Below are positions 19,231 to 29,012 of a stretch of 64,000 nt of DNA, one piece after another. The stretch covers positions 1-64,000 of IMG/VR virus record IMGVR_UViG_3300015372_000001; one strand, written 5' to 3'. The notes beneath the pieces are model-generated. The model was not told the DNA's origin and ran no database searches. It saw only the letters and a program-made list of their open reading frames with translations. Positions within the stretch are counted from its first letter, which is position 1. Every line of letters starts with the position of its first letter. The stretch is from a virus. The position numbers and the translations under genes are program-made.

Positions 19231-19706
19231 CCACCAGAGCCAGGCCCTTCGTCGCCGAGGAACGCACCGGGCTGAACTACCTGGCGGTGGAGATCTCCTA
19301 CGGCTCGAGGTGGGTCAACCTCAACGACGGCGAGGTCTACAAGATCAGTGCCGACCAGACCCGGGAGACCACCACCAAGACCTGGCGGAAGACGGTGGCC
19401 GACTCCCCGGTGCTGGGCGGCAACTACCTGATCCACGCGGTGCCGGACATGGTGACCGAGACGGTCGGGGTCTGGGTCTACGGCCGCAGCCAGTCCGAGG
19501 TGGCCGACAACCTGTTCGGGCTGACCCGGCTGTTCGAGCAGTACGACTACCGGATCCGGTGGACCACCGATGACTACCGGGAGTACTGGCGCTGCCAGCT
19601 GGCCGAGGCGGCGACGAGCCGGGGCCAGGTCTGGACCCACAGCCAGATGGCGGCCGCGCACTTCACCGTCCCGCGCTACCCGGACGTGACCCGGGAGCGG
19701 ATCTGA
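19227..19706 (+). CDS. distal tail/minor tail protein
   Basis: ATGA coupling to the tape measure gene. Confidence 0.7.
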   Translation: MTTRARPFVAEERTGLNYLAVEISYGSRWVNLNDGEVYKISADQTRETTTKTWRKTVADSPVLGGNYLIHAVPDMVTETVGVWVYGRSQSEVADNLFGLTRLFEQYDYRIRWTTDDYREYWRCQLAEAATSRGQVWTHSQMAAAHFTVPRYPDVTRERI

Positions 19707-20164
19707 TGGCGGGCCGCTTGACGATCTGGGGTGCCGGTGAGCTGCTGACCACCTTCTTCGGCAACCTCGATGCCGCCAAGGACCCGCCATCCGCGTTCTA
19801 CCTTGCCCTGGTCCGGCTTATCGCTCCCACACCGTACATGTCCGGGGCCGAGCTGGACGAGCCGGACGCCTCGGACTACGCCCGGGTGCGGGTACCCAAC
19901 GACACGCTGAACTGGGCCAACCCGTCCAGCCCTCAGGCGATCGCCAACCTGATGGACGTGTCCTTCGTCCCGGCGGTCACCGACTGGGGCGAGTGCCGGT
20001 ACTGGGCGCTGTGCAACGCATCCACCGAGGGGTTCAACTACCTGGTCGGTGATCTGGAGTCCCCGATCCTGGTCGTGGCCGGAGACACCGTGGTGGTCTC
20101 CGACGGCGACCTGGGTGTCACCCTGGGCCCGTTCTACATGGCCGACGACGAGGATGACGCCTGA
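19706..20164 (+). CDS. minor tail protein
   Basis: FYLAL...E....YARV...F...DWG; similar to 23429-23791. Confidence 0.7.
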   Translation: MAGRLTIWGAGELLTTFFGNLDAAKDPPSAFYLALVRLIAPTPYMSGAELDEPDASDYARVRVPNDTLNWANPSSPQAIANLMDVSFVPAVTDWGECRYWALCNASTEGFNYLVGDLESPILVVAGDTVVVSDGDLGVTLGPFYMADDEDDA

Positions 20165-21147
20165 TGGCGACCAAGCAGATGAAGCCCGGCTCGACCGCGA
20201 TCGTCGCCCGGGCGATCACCAAGGCCGGGGTGGTGCCGCCGCAGATCCGGGACCTCCCCGGCGGGCTGTACCCGCTGCACTCGGCCGCCTTCGAGATGGA
20301 CGAGTACCGGATCATGGCGGGCTGGCCGGTGCCGGTGCCGGCCTACGACATCCGGATCCAGACTCTGATGAGCGCCGACGGCACCGTGATCGCGGACCGG
20401 GACTCGCCCACCTCGCTGGTCACTGGGGCCGACTTCCGGTGGATCGCGGACAACAACTACTGGGACACCACCTCGCTGCGCTGGGCCCCGATCCAGGGTC
20501 AGGCCCCGCCGTGGTCGGCGATGCCGGGCACCGAGCCGACCCTGATCACCAACTACTCCTACACCGTGGCCGACGAGCGGTTCACCGAGATGACCTGCCT
20601 GAACTTCGACTCCGACACCGCCGACTACCTGGTCAACGACCTGACCCTGACCATGGGCGGGATCCAGGGCTACACCATGATCATGGTGCTCAGCCCGAAC
20701 TCGGTGTACGGCAACAACGCCGACGTGCCGGCCAACGGCCTGCTCGGTCCGGCGGAGAACACCGACTCCCCGCCGGGCTGGTTCAGCCTGAAGATCCAGG
20801 GCAACTACCTGTGGCTGGACTCCGACGACTCCACCGACCAGCGCGGGGTCTCGATCGGGGTCGGTCAGCGGACCAACGCTCCGATGTTCCTCGCGATCGT
20901 GCTGGGACGCCCTCAGGCGGTCATGTACGCCGCCTCAGGGCCTTCCAGCCTGCTGAGCAAGAAGATCCCCACCGGGGATGTCGAACGGGCCCTGAGGGGC
21001 GACTTCTGGCTCGGCAAGACCCCACTGACGCCGGCCACCGCGGACATGGCGCTGTTCGACTTCGGGATCTACGGCAACATGCTCTCTCCGGCCGCGATCG
21101 GGGCCGAGTTCGCGGCGCTGTCCTCGATCTACGGCGGAGACACATGA
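20164..21147 (+). CDS. minor tail protein (beta-sandwich/LamG-like)
   Basis: Beta-rich; ends FDFGIYGNMLS..I; tail cluster. Confidence 0.65.
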   Translation: MATKQMKPGSTAIVARAITKAGVVPPQIRDLPGGLYPLHSAAFEMDEYRIMAGWPVPVPAYDIRIQTLMSADGTVIADRDSPTSLVTGADFRWIADNNYWDTTSLRWAPIQGQAPPWSAMPGTEPTLITNYSYTVADERFTEMTCLNFDSDTADYLVNDLTLTMGGIQGYTMIMVLSPNSVYGNNADVPANGLLGPAENTDSPPGWFSLKIQGNYLWLDSDDSTDQRGVSIGVGQRTNAPMFLAIVLGRPQAVMYAASGPSSLLSKKIPTGDVERALRGDFWLGKTPLTPATADMALFDFGIYGNMLSPAAIGAEFAALSSIYGGDT

Positions 21148-23420
21148 CCACGACCGAGAGCACCACCTTGACCGCGGTGGCCAGCGAGCAGGTGCCGCTG
21201 GGCTACTACCGGGTCTTCGCCCAGCCGCCGGGCGGCCACCGGCGGGAGATCACCATCTTCCGAGGCGCGCCGGTCCGGCTGATGTCGGCGACCACCCAGG
21301 ACCCGTTCACCGAGGTCAACGCGCAGATCGCCCTGCCCCAGGTCACGCTCTTCGACAACCCGGGTTCTGGCGACCTGGACTGGCTGGTGGCCGACTGCGA
21401 CATCGACATCGAGTTCCAGAACACCGGGGCCTACGACTTCAGGTGGTCCTGGGAGGGCTACGTCGCCTCGTTCAGCTACAGCCTGTCCGGGAGCGACTCG
21501 CTGGTCACCATCGACCTGAAGGGTGCCTTCTACGGGCTGGACGACTACCTGGCGATCCCGTCCTTCCCGCGCCGTCCGATCCCGTACGAGATCCTGATCG
21601 CCCGGGCCTTCGACCAGACCCTGCACCCCTCCCGGCTGGGCAGCTTCCGGATGGAGTTCCCGAGGTGGTGGTCGAATCGGGTGCCGGAGTTCAACGACCC
21701 CGACTACCTGGTCGCACTGAAGCCGTTCGGGGTGACCACCAACCAGCTCTGGACCGGGTTCACCTCCCGCTCCACCGGGACCTGGGAGGTGCTGCTGACC
21801 GGGCACGTCCAGTCCCTGCTCAGCGTGATGTACACCGCCGGCGGAGCGCAGTGGAGCATCCGGAACCGGGGCAAGCGCCGGGGGGAGCTGTACCTGCGGC
21901 AGATCCCGGCGGCCACCAGCGACAACATCATCGAGATCTACCTGGGCGCGCCCGGGGTGAGCTTCGAGGGCACCCGGGACTACACCCAGCGAGCCGGGGT
22001 GATCTACGGCTCCGGCTCGGACGAGGCCGCGATCACCTTCTCCAACATGCAGGTCACCCCGGACGGGCGGACCACCTACTTCAAGCCGTTCGCCTACTCC
22101 GCCCGGCAGTGGCCGCGCAAGGGCAACCCGATGTACGACAAGCGGGTCAAGCCCAAGGAGACGATGATCCAGTTCCAGCAGGGGATGGACGAGCTCGCCG
22201 CGACCAAGGTGGCCCAGGCCCAGTACCAGCGGTTCGCCGAGCCCGGGCTCACCGGGTCGATCACCCTGCTCACCGACCCCCGGTACTCCGACGGCTCGCT
22301 GTGCCCGCGGCTGATGATCCGGGCCGGGTCCACCATCCGGCTGAACGGGATGCTCGGGGTCAAGGAGGGAATCCTGGCCCACGTCACCCAGGCGGTGGCG
22401 GACTTCCAGTCGCTGAGCGTGTCGCTGACCTACGACACCAAGTACCGCGACCAGCTGACCATCGAGGAGGTGCGGGCTCGGACCAGGGACTCCCTGAACC
22501 CGGTGCACGCGCTGCAGGTCGGCAAGTACCAGAACACCATCAACGATCTGATCATCCCGTGGGACTACAGGGCCGGAAGCGGGATCATCCCGACCCCGGC
22601 CAAGGAGTTCTTCGCCCAGAAGCTGCCCTCGAGCGCGACCTTCCCGTTCGAGGAGTGGACCCGCAAGCACCCGCCGAAGGACCCGGAGAGCGCGCCGTAC
22701 TACATCCGGATCGGGCCGACCGACGTGAACAACTCCAGCAACAACTGGTCCGGGGTGGTCCGGGAGAACAGGATGACCATGGCCATCCCGATCCGGATGG
22801 GCCAGGCCGGGACGATCCGGCTCACCCAGCTGGCGGCGTACGACCGGGACGGCAACGTGATGCCGGTGAAGTTCCACTTCAGCGTCTACTACGGCAACGC
22901 CACGGCCGCGGACGGGATGCCGAAGTTCCCGCTGGACCCGTACCACAACGCCGACCCGGACCCGGACAAGATCGCCCCGGACTGGCGGCGGCCGCGGAAG
23001 CCGGTGACCGCGGAGATCATCCCGACCAACTACAAGACCTTCCAGGCCAACCCGTTCTACAAGGGAGCCTGGGAGCAGGTGCAGGAGGACGGCACCGTGT
23101 TCCCCTGGTCCGCCGACTCCAACCTGCCCACTCCCGGCTCGGGGCTGGTGGTCGGCTGGGGCAACTACTACGAGCCGGCCGGGTACTCCCCGGGCCGGGC
23201 CAGCAAGGGAGCCGCACGGACCGGACTGCTCCAGGACGACACGGCCTGGACCTGGGACGTGGCCCAGACCCAGAACATCGACTTCCAGAACCCTGAGAAC
23301 AACGTGAACGAGCAGTACATCGGGATGCTCTTCGTCCAGATCTACTGCGACGACCAGGACGACAAGGCGGTCTTCTTCATGGGCCGGCTGATCCGTAGCG
23401 ATCCCGGGCAGACCAACTAG
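21144..23420 (+). CDS. large minor tail/baseplate hub protein
   Basis: ATGA coupling at 21144; about 758 aa; tail cluster. Confidence 0.7.
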   Translation: MTTTESTTLTAVASEQVPLGYYRVFAQPPGGHRREITIFRGAPVRLMSATTQDPFTEVNAQIALPQVTLFDNPGSGDLDWLVADCDIDIEFQNTGAYDFRWSWEGYVASFSYSLSGSDSLVTIDLKGAFYGLDDYLAIPSFPRRPIPYEILIARAFDQTLHPSRLGSFRMEFPRWWSNRVPEFNDPDYLVALKPFGVTTNQLWTGFTSRSTGTWEVLLTGHVQSLLSVMYTAGGAQWSIRNRGKRRGELYLRQIPAATSDNIIEIYLGAPGVSFEGTRDYTQRAGVIYGSGSDEAAITFSNMQVTPDGRTTYFKPFAYSARQWPRKGNPMYDKRVKPKETMIQFQQGMDELAATKVAQAQYQRFAEPGLTGSITLLTDPRYSDGSLCPRLMIRAGSTIRLNGMLGVKEGILAHVTQAVADFQSLSVSLTYDTKYRDQLTIEEVRARTRDSLNPVHALQVGKYQNTINDLIIPWDYRAGSGIIPTPAKEFFAQKLPSSATFPFEEWTRKHPPKDPESAPYYIRIGPTDVNNSSNNWSGVVRENRMTMAIPIRMGQAGTIRLTQLAAYDRDGNVMPVKFHFSVYYGNATAADGMPKFPLDPYHNADPDPDKIAPDWRRPRKPVTAEIIPTNYKTFQANPFYKGAWEQVQEDGTVFPWSADSNLPTPGSGLVVGWGNYYEPAGYSPGRASKGAARTGLLQDDTAWTWDVAQTQNIDFQNPENNVNEQYIGMLFVQIYCDDQDDKAVFFMGRLIRSDPGQTN

Positions 23421-23428
23421 GAGGAGCC

Positions 23429-23791
23429 GTGGACGGCACCATCACCGATGCCCAGGTGCACCTGTGGCTGCAGGACATCGCGGACAGTGGTTATGTCAGC
23501 CTGCACTTCGACACCCCGGCGCTGGGCGGGCTGACCGCGGCCGAGATCTCCGGCGGCGGCTACCAGCGGTTCAAGATGAGCTGGTCGAACCCGGACAACC
23601 GGGCGATCTGGAGCGTGGTGGACGCCCGGTTCACCGGGCTGGTGCAGACCAAGGTCACCTACTTCGGGGTCTGGGACAAGCTGACCAAGGGCATGCTGAT
23701 GGCCTACACCGAGCTGGCCACCCCGGTGGCGATCCTGAACGGCAAGGGCTTCGTGATCCCGAAGGGCCAGATCGCGGTCAGCATGGGCTAG
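23429..23791 (+). CDS. minor tail protein
   Basis: GGAGGAG SD; YVSLH...EISGGGYQR...VTYFGVWD. Confidence 0.75.
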   Translation: MDGTITDAQVHLWLQDIADSGYVSLHFDTPALGGLTAAEISGGGYQRFKMSWSNPDNRAIWSVVDARFTGLVQTKVTYFGVWDKLTKGMLMAYTELATPVAILNGKGFVIPKGQIAVSMG

Positions 23792-23927
23792 CCTGTGGGC
23801 GAAGTTGAAGTGCCCGCGCGTGGTACGCCGTGCGCCGGCCCTGGGCAAGCCGGGACCTTCTGGTCGTGAACCCCTCCTCCGGGAGGGGTTCTCCGTCTAT
23901 TCACTCCATTCACTCTGGTCACATCGA

Positions 23928-23989
23928 GGGCATAAAAAAAGACCCGTTGGGGGCCGCCCTGCCCGAAGGCAGAGCGACCCCCTCGGGTC
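23928..23989 (-). terminator. intrinsic terminator ending the leftward arm
   Basis: Long GC hairpin with UUCG loop followed by T7-ATGCCC on the - strand. Confidence 0.85.
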
Positions 23990-24102
23990 CCTACAGGTTC
24001 CACCAAGATCGGTGTCCCCATGATTGCCCCGGTGCTGATCCCCCGATTCAGCGGTGGGGCGAGCCCCCTCCCCCTACATGCGCAATGGGGGGAGGGGACG
24101 GT

Positions 24103-25269
24103 TCAGGCCGCACGCTCCAGGATCGGAACGTCCGGGTGTCGGCAGACCTGCGGAGAAGACCAGTTCCCGGTGTTCCGGAAGTGCTCCTCGTCGGCCATGA
24201 TCGCCAGCAGCTGACCCACCCAGCCATCGGCCAAGGGTAGGACCCGACCGTCCGCTTCCCGCATTCCGGGAGCGACGCAGATCCGGCCCAGCCGGCAGCC
24301 GTGCTGATCGACCTGCACGATGTTGCCGTGCACGCCGTTCTGCAGGGTGTCGATCTCATACATCCCACCCTGCGAGCCCCTCACCGGGATGATGTGGCGG
24401 TCCCGGAGCGACTGCTTCTGCTCGGGTGTGAGCAGCATCTGGAGCAGCTCACCGCCCCGAGCCTCGGCCATGATCCTGGCCTCCTGCGCGGCGGCGTAGC
24501 GCTGCTCCTGCTCGAGCGCCCGACGGGCACGCTCCTCGCGAGCGCGCTGCTCACGATCGGCGAACTCCTGCAACTGCTCGGCCGTGGGCACGGTGCGCTG
24601 CTGGATCACCCGCCACTGCTCGGCGACGTGCCGGGCAGCCTCGCCGGCGTGGGTCAGGGCGTCGCCCATCTGGTGCCAGCCCACATCCCAGGTGACCCCG
24701 GTCCCCTCGAAGCGGGCCATGTCCTCGTCGGCGATGGTGGTGTAGGTACCGGTGGTGGTGTTGCCCACCGTCCACCCTGCCCACATCTCGTCTCTGGTCA
24801 CGGTCCAATCTCCTATCGTGGTGGTGTTGTAGGCCGGATGGGTCCAGGTGACTGTCGGATAAACCGCCGCCGTGACCGTGGTGTAGGTGTTCAGCGCGAT
24901 CCGGTCCTGGGTGGCCTGGGTGAGGTCGTCCCAGCGATACGGGTACGGGTTCTGCACCGGGTAGGTGATGGTGGTGTGGGTGTGGGTCGGGATGTCCCAG
25001 GCCCGACCGCCGTAGTGCCGGCCGACTCGCAGGTCGTTCCAGCCGTACGGCAGCCCCTCGAACCGGCCCCGGTTCCGCCGGACGTACTCGTCGTACTTGG
25101 TCTCCCGACCGTCCAACCCCCACTCCCGGAGCAGCCGAGCCCGCTCCCGGTGGGTGCGTCTGCCGTACAACTCTCGGCTGACGTTGCGCATGTCTCGGCA
25201 CGGCCGATCCGGCTCGGAGTAGCACCTGGGACAGGCCACACCCCAGACGTTCTTGATCCGGCCGGCCAT
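24103..25269 (-). CDS. Zn-finger + Thr/Trp-rich region + coiled coil + C-terminal E2-like cysteine domain
   Basis: CPRC..C..H at the N-terminus; HGNI...GRICV and LP..D...GQLL...DE..F shared with 37125 and 37985. Confidence 0.7.
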   Translation of the reverse strand: MAGRIKNVWGVACPRCYSEPDRPCRDMRNVSRELYGRRTHRERARLLREWGLDGRETKYDEYVRRNRGRFEGLPYGWNDLRVGRHYGGRAWDIPTHTHTTITYPVQNPYPYRWDDLTQATQDRIALNTYTTVTAAVYPTVTWTHPAYNTTTIGDWTVTRDEMWAGWTVGNTTTGTYTTIADEDMARFEGTGVTWDVGWHQMGDALTHAGEAARHVAEQWRVIQQRTVPTAEQLQEFADREQRAREERARRALEQEQRYAAAQEARIMAEARGGELLQMLLTPEQKQSLRDRHIIPVRGSQGGMYEIDTLQNGVHGNIVQVDQHGCRLGRICVAPGMREADGRVLPLADGWVGQLLAIMADEEHFRNTGNWSSPQVCRHPDVPILERAA

Positions 25270-25278
25270 CAGCCGCCC

Positions 25279-25596
25279 TCACGGACTGCCCGGATGAAGC
25301 AAGTGGTGGTGACTGGGACACAGCCACCGCACCTCCAACGGCTTGGTGTAGTCGTCATGGTGTGCATCGGTCTTCTCCCTTCCGCAGACCTCGCACGGGC
25401 CTCTGACCAGCCGCCCAGACTTGAGGGCGGCGGCGACCTTGTTGCGCGCAGCAACCTTGGTCCGGTCAGCCTGCTTGGCCTTCGCGAGTTGCTTCGCTCG
25501 AGTGCGTTGGTAGTAGCGCTGGCGAGCAGCCTTCACCTTGTCGGGGTTGGCCGCTCGCCAGGCTCGGTGGTACTCACGACGATCGGGAGGCGTAGC
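25279..25596 (-). CDS. HNH-type endonuclease-like protein (start unresolved)
   Basis: CEVCG...AHHDDYTKPLEVRWLC..HH; coding-like sequence runs up to the preceding stop codon. Confidence 0.7.
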   Translation of the reverse strand, partial: ATPPDRREYHRAWRAANPDKVKAARQRYYQRTRAKQLAKAKQADRTKVAARNKVAAALKSGRLVRGPCEVCGREKTDAHHDDYTKPLEVRWLCPSHHHLLHPGSP

Positions 25597-25857
25597 TCAA
25601 CCCCCTTGGAGTTGCTTCGTCATTATTATCTTCCCGGCCTGCGGGTCGAACTCGTGGATCACGGTGCCGGTCTTCTCCCCGGAGGTCTCGTCCACGGTGT
25701 AGGCGAGCATCCCCCGCTTCTTGGCCTTGTGGAAGGCCTCCCTGGCGACCTTCACCTCGTCCTCGATCCGGGGGTCCCACATGATCCGGGTGTCCCCGGT
25801 CGGGTCCGCGATCGAGAGCATGTTGCGGCCCTCGGGTCGGATTGCGGTGTCTGTCAT
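25597..25857 (-). CDS. 86-aa Gly-Gly-terminated ubiquitin-like candidate A
   Basis: AAGGAAG SD; ends KQLQGG; paralog of 37647-37907. Confidence 0.75.
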   Translation of the reverse strand: MTDTAIRPEGRNMLSIADPTGDTRIMWDPRIEDEVKVAREAFHKAKKRGMLAYTVDETSGEKTGTVIHEFDPQAGKIIMTKQLQGG

Positions 25858-25870
25858 GCGATCTTCCTTT

Positions 25871-26092
25871 CTAGTTCCAGGGAAAGTTGTCCCTGAGGTA
25901 CTGGATCCGGGCCTCCTCGGCGAGGTTGGCCAGGTGCTTGGTGTACTGGTGGCGCGTGTAGAGCCCGAACGCAGTGCAGACCACGGCCGCCGCCAGGTTC
26001 ATCAGCGAGACCCAGTTCCACACCCACCAGGCGATGAACAGGTTGAAGGCGGCCAGACCGAAGTCCATCAGTGCGATCCAGCGCCAGTGCAC
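25871..26092 (-). CDS. small membrane protein
   Basis: Two hydrophobic segments. Confidence 0.65.
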   Translation of the reverse strand: MHWRWIALMDFGLAAFNLFIAWWVWNWVSLMNLAAAVVCTAFGLYTRHQYTKHLANLAEEARIQYLRDNFPWN

Positions 26093-26093
26093 C

Positions 26094-26969
26094 TCAGTCC
26101 ACCTCCGGCATGTGGTCGGTGGCGGGCCGGTAGCGCATGGTCTGCCGTTCGCGGCCGTTGGCGTAGTCGTTCCAGCTCCTGATCCCGTTGGCCAGGAAGG
26201 TGGTCGGCCGGTAGGTGCCGCTGATCGACCGGTAGCCCTTCTCCGAGATCAGCCAGCGGCGGAAGGCGAGGATCGGGCTGCCGGGGCTCAGGTTGGTGCC
26301 GTCGCCCAGCCGCTCCCGGAACTCGGTCTGGGTGTCCGGACCGTGCTTGGAGTACAGCGAGAGCAGCGCGATCAGGACGCTGACCGAGGTCCGCATCCCG
26401 TACCGGCCGACCGCGTTGGAGACGACGTAGCCGGGCCGGAGCGAGTCCTGGATCGCTGGGCCGACCTCATCGTCGGCCAGCTTGATCAGCAGGTCCTGGG
26501 TGGTCATGCCGACCGTGGCCGAGCCCAACGTCGAGGTGGTGCCGATCACCTCGGGGTAGGCCAGCACCTGGCGGGTGACCGCGGCCAGCACGTTCACGTC
26601 GGTGTAACCGGCGATCCGCAGGCTGTCACCCGGCGACCGGGCAGCTCCGGTGTCGATCACGCCGAAGGTCTCGGGGTCGGCATCGAAGGCGACCAGACTG
26701 GCGACGTGCTTGCGCTGGGCGGCGATCGCGGTGAGCCGGTGCCGTCCGTCCAGGACGAACCCGGTCGGATCCAGGGCGATCGGCTGGTGGGTGAACTTCC
26801 ACTCGCCGGTCTCGATCGCGTGCAGGATCTTGGCGACGTTCCGCTGGCGGATGGCGCGCTGGTTGCGCTCCGGAGAGACAGTCAGCCACTCGCGGGCCAT
26901 GGCCGGCGTGATCTTGACCTCCTCGATGCGCATCTTCCGCTTGCCACCGCCGCTAGGGGTGGTAGTCAT
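26094..26969 (-). CDS. ParB-like N-terminal domain protein
   Basis: ITPAMAREWL...NQR...GEW...PIA...LDGRHRLTAI. Confidence 0.8.
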   Translation of the reverse strand: MTTTPSGGGKRKMRIEEVKITPAMAREWLTVSPERNQRAIRQRNVAKILHAIETGEWKFTHQPIALDPTGFVLDGRHRLTAIAAQRKHVASLVAFDADPETFGVIDTGAARSPGDSLRIAGYTDVNVLAAVTRQVLAYPEVIGTTSTLGSATVGMTTQDLLIKLADDEVGPAIQDSLRPGYVVSNAVGRYGMRTSVSVLIALLSLYSKHGPDTQTEFRERLGDGTNLSPGSPILAFRRWLISEKGYRSISGTYRPTTFLANGIRSWNDYANGRERQTMRYRPATDHMPEVD

Positions 26970-26975
26970 AACTGC

Positions 26976-27245
26976 TCATTCCATGTCGGCCAGGAACTCC
27001 ATGAACTGGTTGGCCAGTCCGGGGCTCATCTGGATCGGGATTCGGATTCGGCCGGCCTGGTCGGTCCGGCCAGCAACGAACATCAGCACGCAGAGGTTCA
27101 CGAGGTCCTCGTCACGGGTGATGACGAGCTCGTTGACGCGGATGTACTCGTCAACGAGCACGGCCAGGCGTTCCTCTTCGGTTTCGGTCACGTTGGTGCC
27201 GGCGGCCTCGATGGCCTGGGCGGTGAAGGCTTCTTCGATCTCCAT
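26976..27245 (-). CDS. hypothetical protein
   Basis: AAGGAGG SD before ATG 27245. Confidence 0.65.
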   Translation of the reverse strand: MEIEEAFTAQAIEAAGTNVTETEEERLAVLVDEYIRVNELVITRDEDLVNLCVLMFVAGRTDQAGRIRIPIQMSPGLANQFMEFLADME

Positions 27246-27356
27246 GTGTCCCTCCTTGGGACGCAATGGAGCGAGCACCCGAGTGCCCGCTCCACCGCAG
27301 AATGCGACCAGGGAGGGGGCGCAACCCCCCAGTTCTCCCCCTCCCCGGTCTCTGGG

Positions 27357-29012
27357 CTAGCTGCGCACCATGATCTCGCCGTCGGACAGGTCAACGACGT
27401 GGTGCTGCAGCACCCGCTCGAACACGTTCTCGACCGCCGCCTCCAGAGCAGGCTTGGGCGGCCGGTCGGTGGCCAGCTGGTGCGCGTCGCGCTCGGCGCG
27501 CTTGGCGTTGGCCGCCCGGAGGAAGTCCTCGGTCGTCAGAGGCTGACCGAGCTTCCTGGTCCGGATGATGTTGTGCTTCACCACGTCCTCCAGCGTGCGG
27601 ACGACGAACGCCGGCATCCAGCCCTCGTAGGCGGTGTCGAGCTGGGCGTAGTCCAGCTTGGCCCGCTGCGACTCCGGGATGTGGCTGTCGATCAGCCGCT
27701 GCAGACCGGGCTGGTCCAACGGGCCGATGACGATGGTGTGGTCGATCCGGTGACCGCCCTTCATCGACTTCGGGATCTCCTCGGGGTGGTTGGTGGTCAT
27801 CAGCAGCGTGACCGCGTACCCCTTGGTTCGCATCCCGTCGAACTCCCCCAGCAGCTTGTCCATGGCGTCGGGGTTCTTGAACAGGTGCTCCACGTCCTCG
27901 AGCACCATCACCGTGGGCTGGTCCAGCCGCTGGACGAACCGAGTGGCCTGAACCAAGTCCTCGTTCCAGTTCACCTCCACGAAGTTGAACCCGTACTCCA
28001 GGCAGTACTGCCCGGCGATCGCCGCCGCGCAGGTCTTGCCACCACCGTTGTCGCCGGACAACAGCACGTTGTTCGACAGCTTGATGTGGGTCCGCTCCGT
28101 CCTCGTGATCGGCTTGCCGTCCTCATCGAGAACCGGCTTCCGACCCTCAGGGTCGGTCACCCACTCGGTGACCGGCTCGGCTTCGGGATGGTCCGCTGCC
28201 ACGAGGTTGCCCGCATGGTCGTCGTAGACGATGTTGTCGTCCTCATCGACCACGTAGACCTTGTGGACCAGGTAGCCAGCGTTGGCCTCCTTGATCAGCT
28301 CGTGGCACTCGATCAGCCCGTAGATGTGAGCCTGCAGCTCCCACCAGTTCTCGGTGGAGTAGGCGATGGTCGCCCGGTCCACCACGTACGGGTCGATGAA
28401 CTCCGGCTGGGCGGTGACGTTGCGCATCGCCTTCCCGGCGTAGATCGAGTTCTCCTTGAGGAAGTCCTCGAGGAGCAGGAAGAAGTTCGAGATGTCGGTC
28501 TCGTACTTCAGCTTGCCGTAGGCGCTGACCGAGAACGAGACTCCGTACTCGGGGTGCATCGCCATGCCCAGCTCGAACGTGGTCTCCCAGGGCTTGAAGT
28601 ACATCGTCCCCCAGGGCACGTTGTAGGACTCGCCGCGGTTGACCTCGACCGCGATCATCTGCGGCGGCGAGGCGAACCAGCCGGTGGTCCGCTTGCCGAG
28701 TGGGGTGTCCCACAGCTGGGTGAGCAGCTTGTTGAAGTTCCACGCGCCGTCCGGCGGCCGGCACAGGAAGACCTTGGAGAACTCGTAGGTCTCCTCCTCG
28801 GCTTCCTTCTTCTCGCGGATGGTCTCCTCGGCGGTCTCGAGGGCCATGTCCACCGGCAGCGCGATCTTCTTGCCGCCGTCCTTGCGTCGCTCGATCTTCT
28901 CGGTCAGGGTGCTGCGGTTCTTGCCGTGCTCGGCAAGAAGGTCACTGACCCGTCGGCGCTCCTCGTCTGCTGCCTCGGTGCTCCACGGGTCAACCTTCTC
29001 CTGCTCTGACAT
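27357..29012 (-). CDS. AAA+ ATPase
   Basis: Walker A GDNGGGKT, Walker B MVLEDVE, sensor TTNHPE, HRIDH. Confidence 0.85.
   Translation of the reverse strand: MSEQEKVDPWSTEAADEERRRVSDLLAEHGKNRSTLTEKIERRKDGGKKIALPVDMALETAEETIREKKEAEEETYEFSKVFLCRPPDGAWNFNKLLTQLWDTPLGKRTTGWFASPPQMIAVEVNRGESYNVPWGTMYFKPWETTFELGMAMHPEYGVSFSVSAYGKLKYETDISNFFLLLEDFLKENSIYAGKAMRNVTAQPEFIDPYVVDRATIAYSTENWWELQAHIYGLIECHELIKEANAGYLVHKVYVVDEDDNIVYDDHAGNLVAADHPEAEPVTEWVTDPEGRKPVLDEDGKPITRTERTHIKLSNNVLLSGDNGGGKTCAAAIAGQYCLEYGFNFVEVNWNEDLVQATRFVQRLDQPTVMVLEDVEHLFKNPDAMDKLLGEFDGMRTKGYAVTLLMTTNHPEEIPKSMKGGHRIDHTIVIGPLDQPGLQRLIDSHIPESQRAKLDYAQLDTAYEGWMPAFVVRTLEDVVKHNIIRTRKLGQPLTTEDFLRAANAKRAERDAHQLATDRPPKPALEAAVENVFERVLQHHVVDLSDGEIMVRS

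Noticed and set aside
25597-25857. GG-terminated proteins as Pup homologs
   Set aside because: Pup is disordered and ends GGE/GGQ; these end in GG and have a folded alpha/beta pattern
26094-26969. ParB-like gene as a parABS partition system
   Set aside because: No ParA (deviant Walker A) or parS repeats seen; the nearby ATPase is AAA+ type
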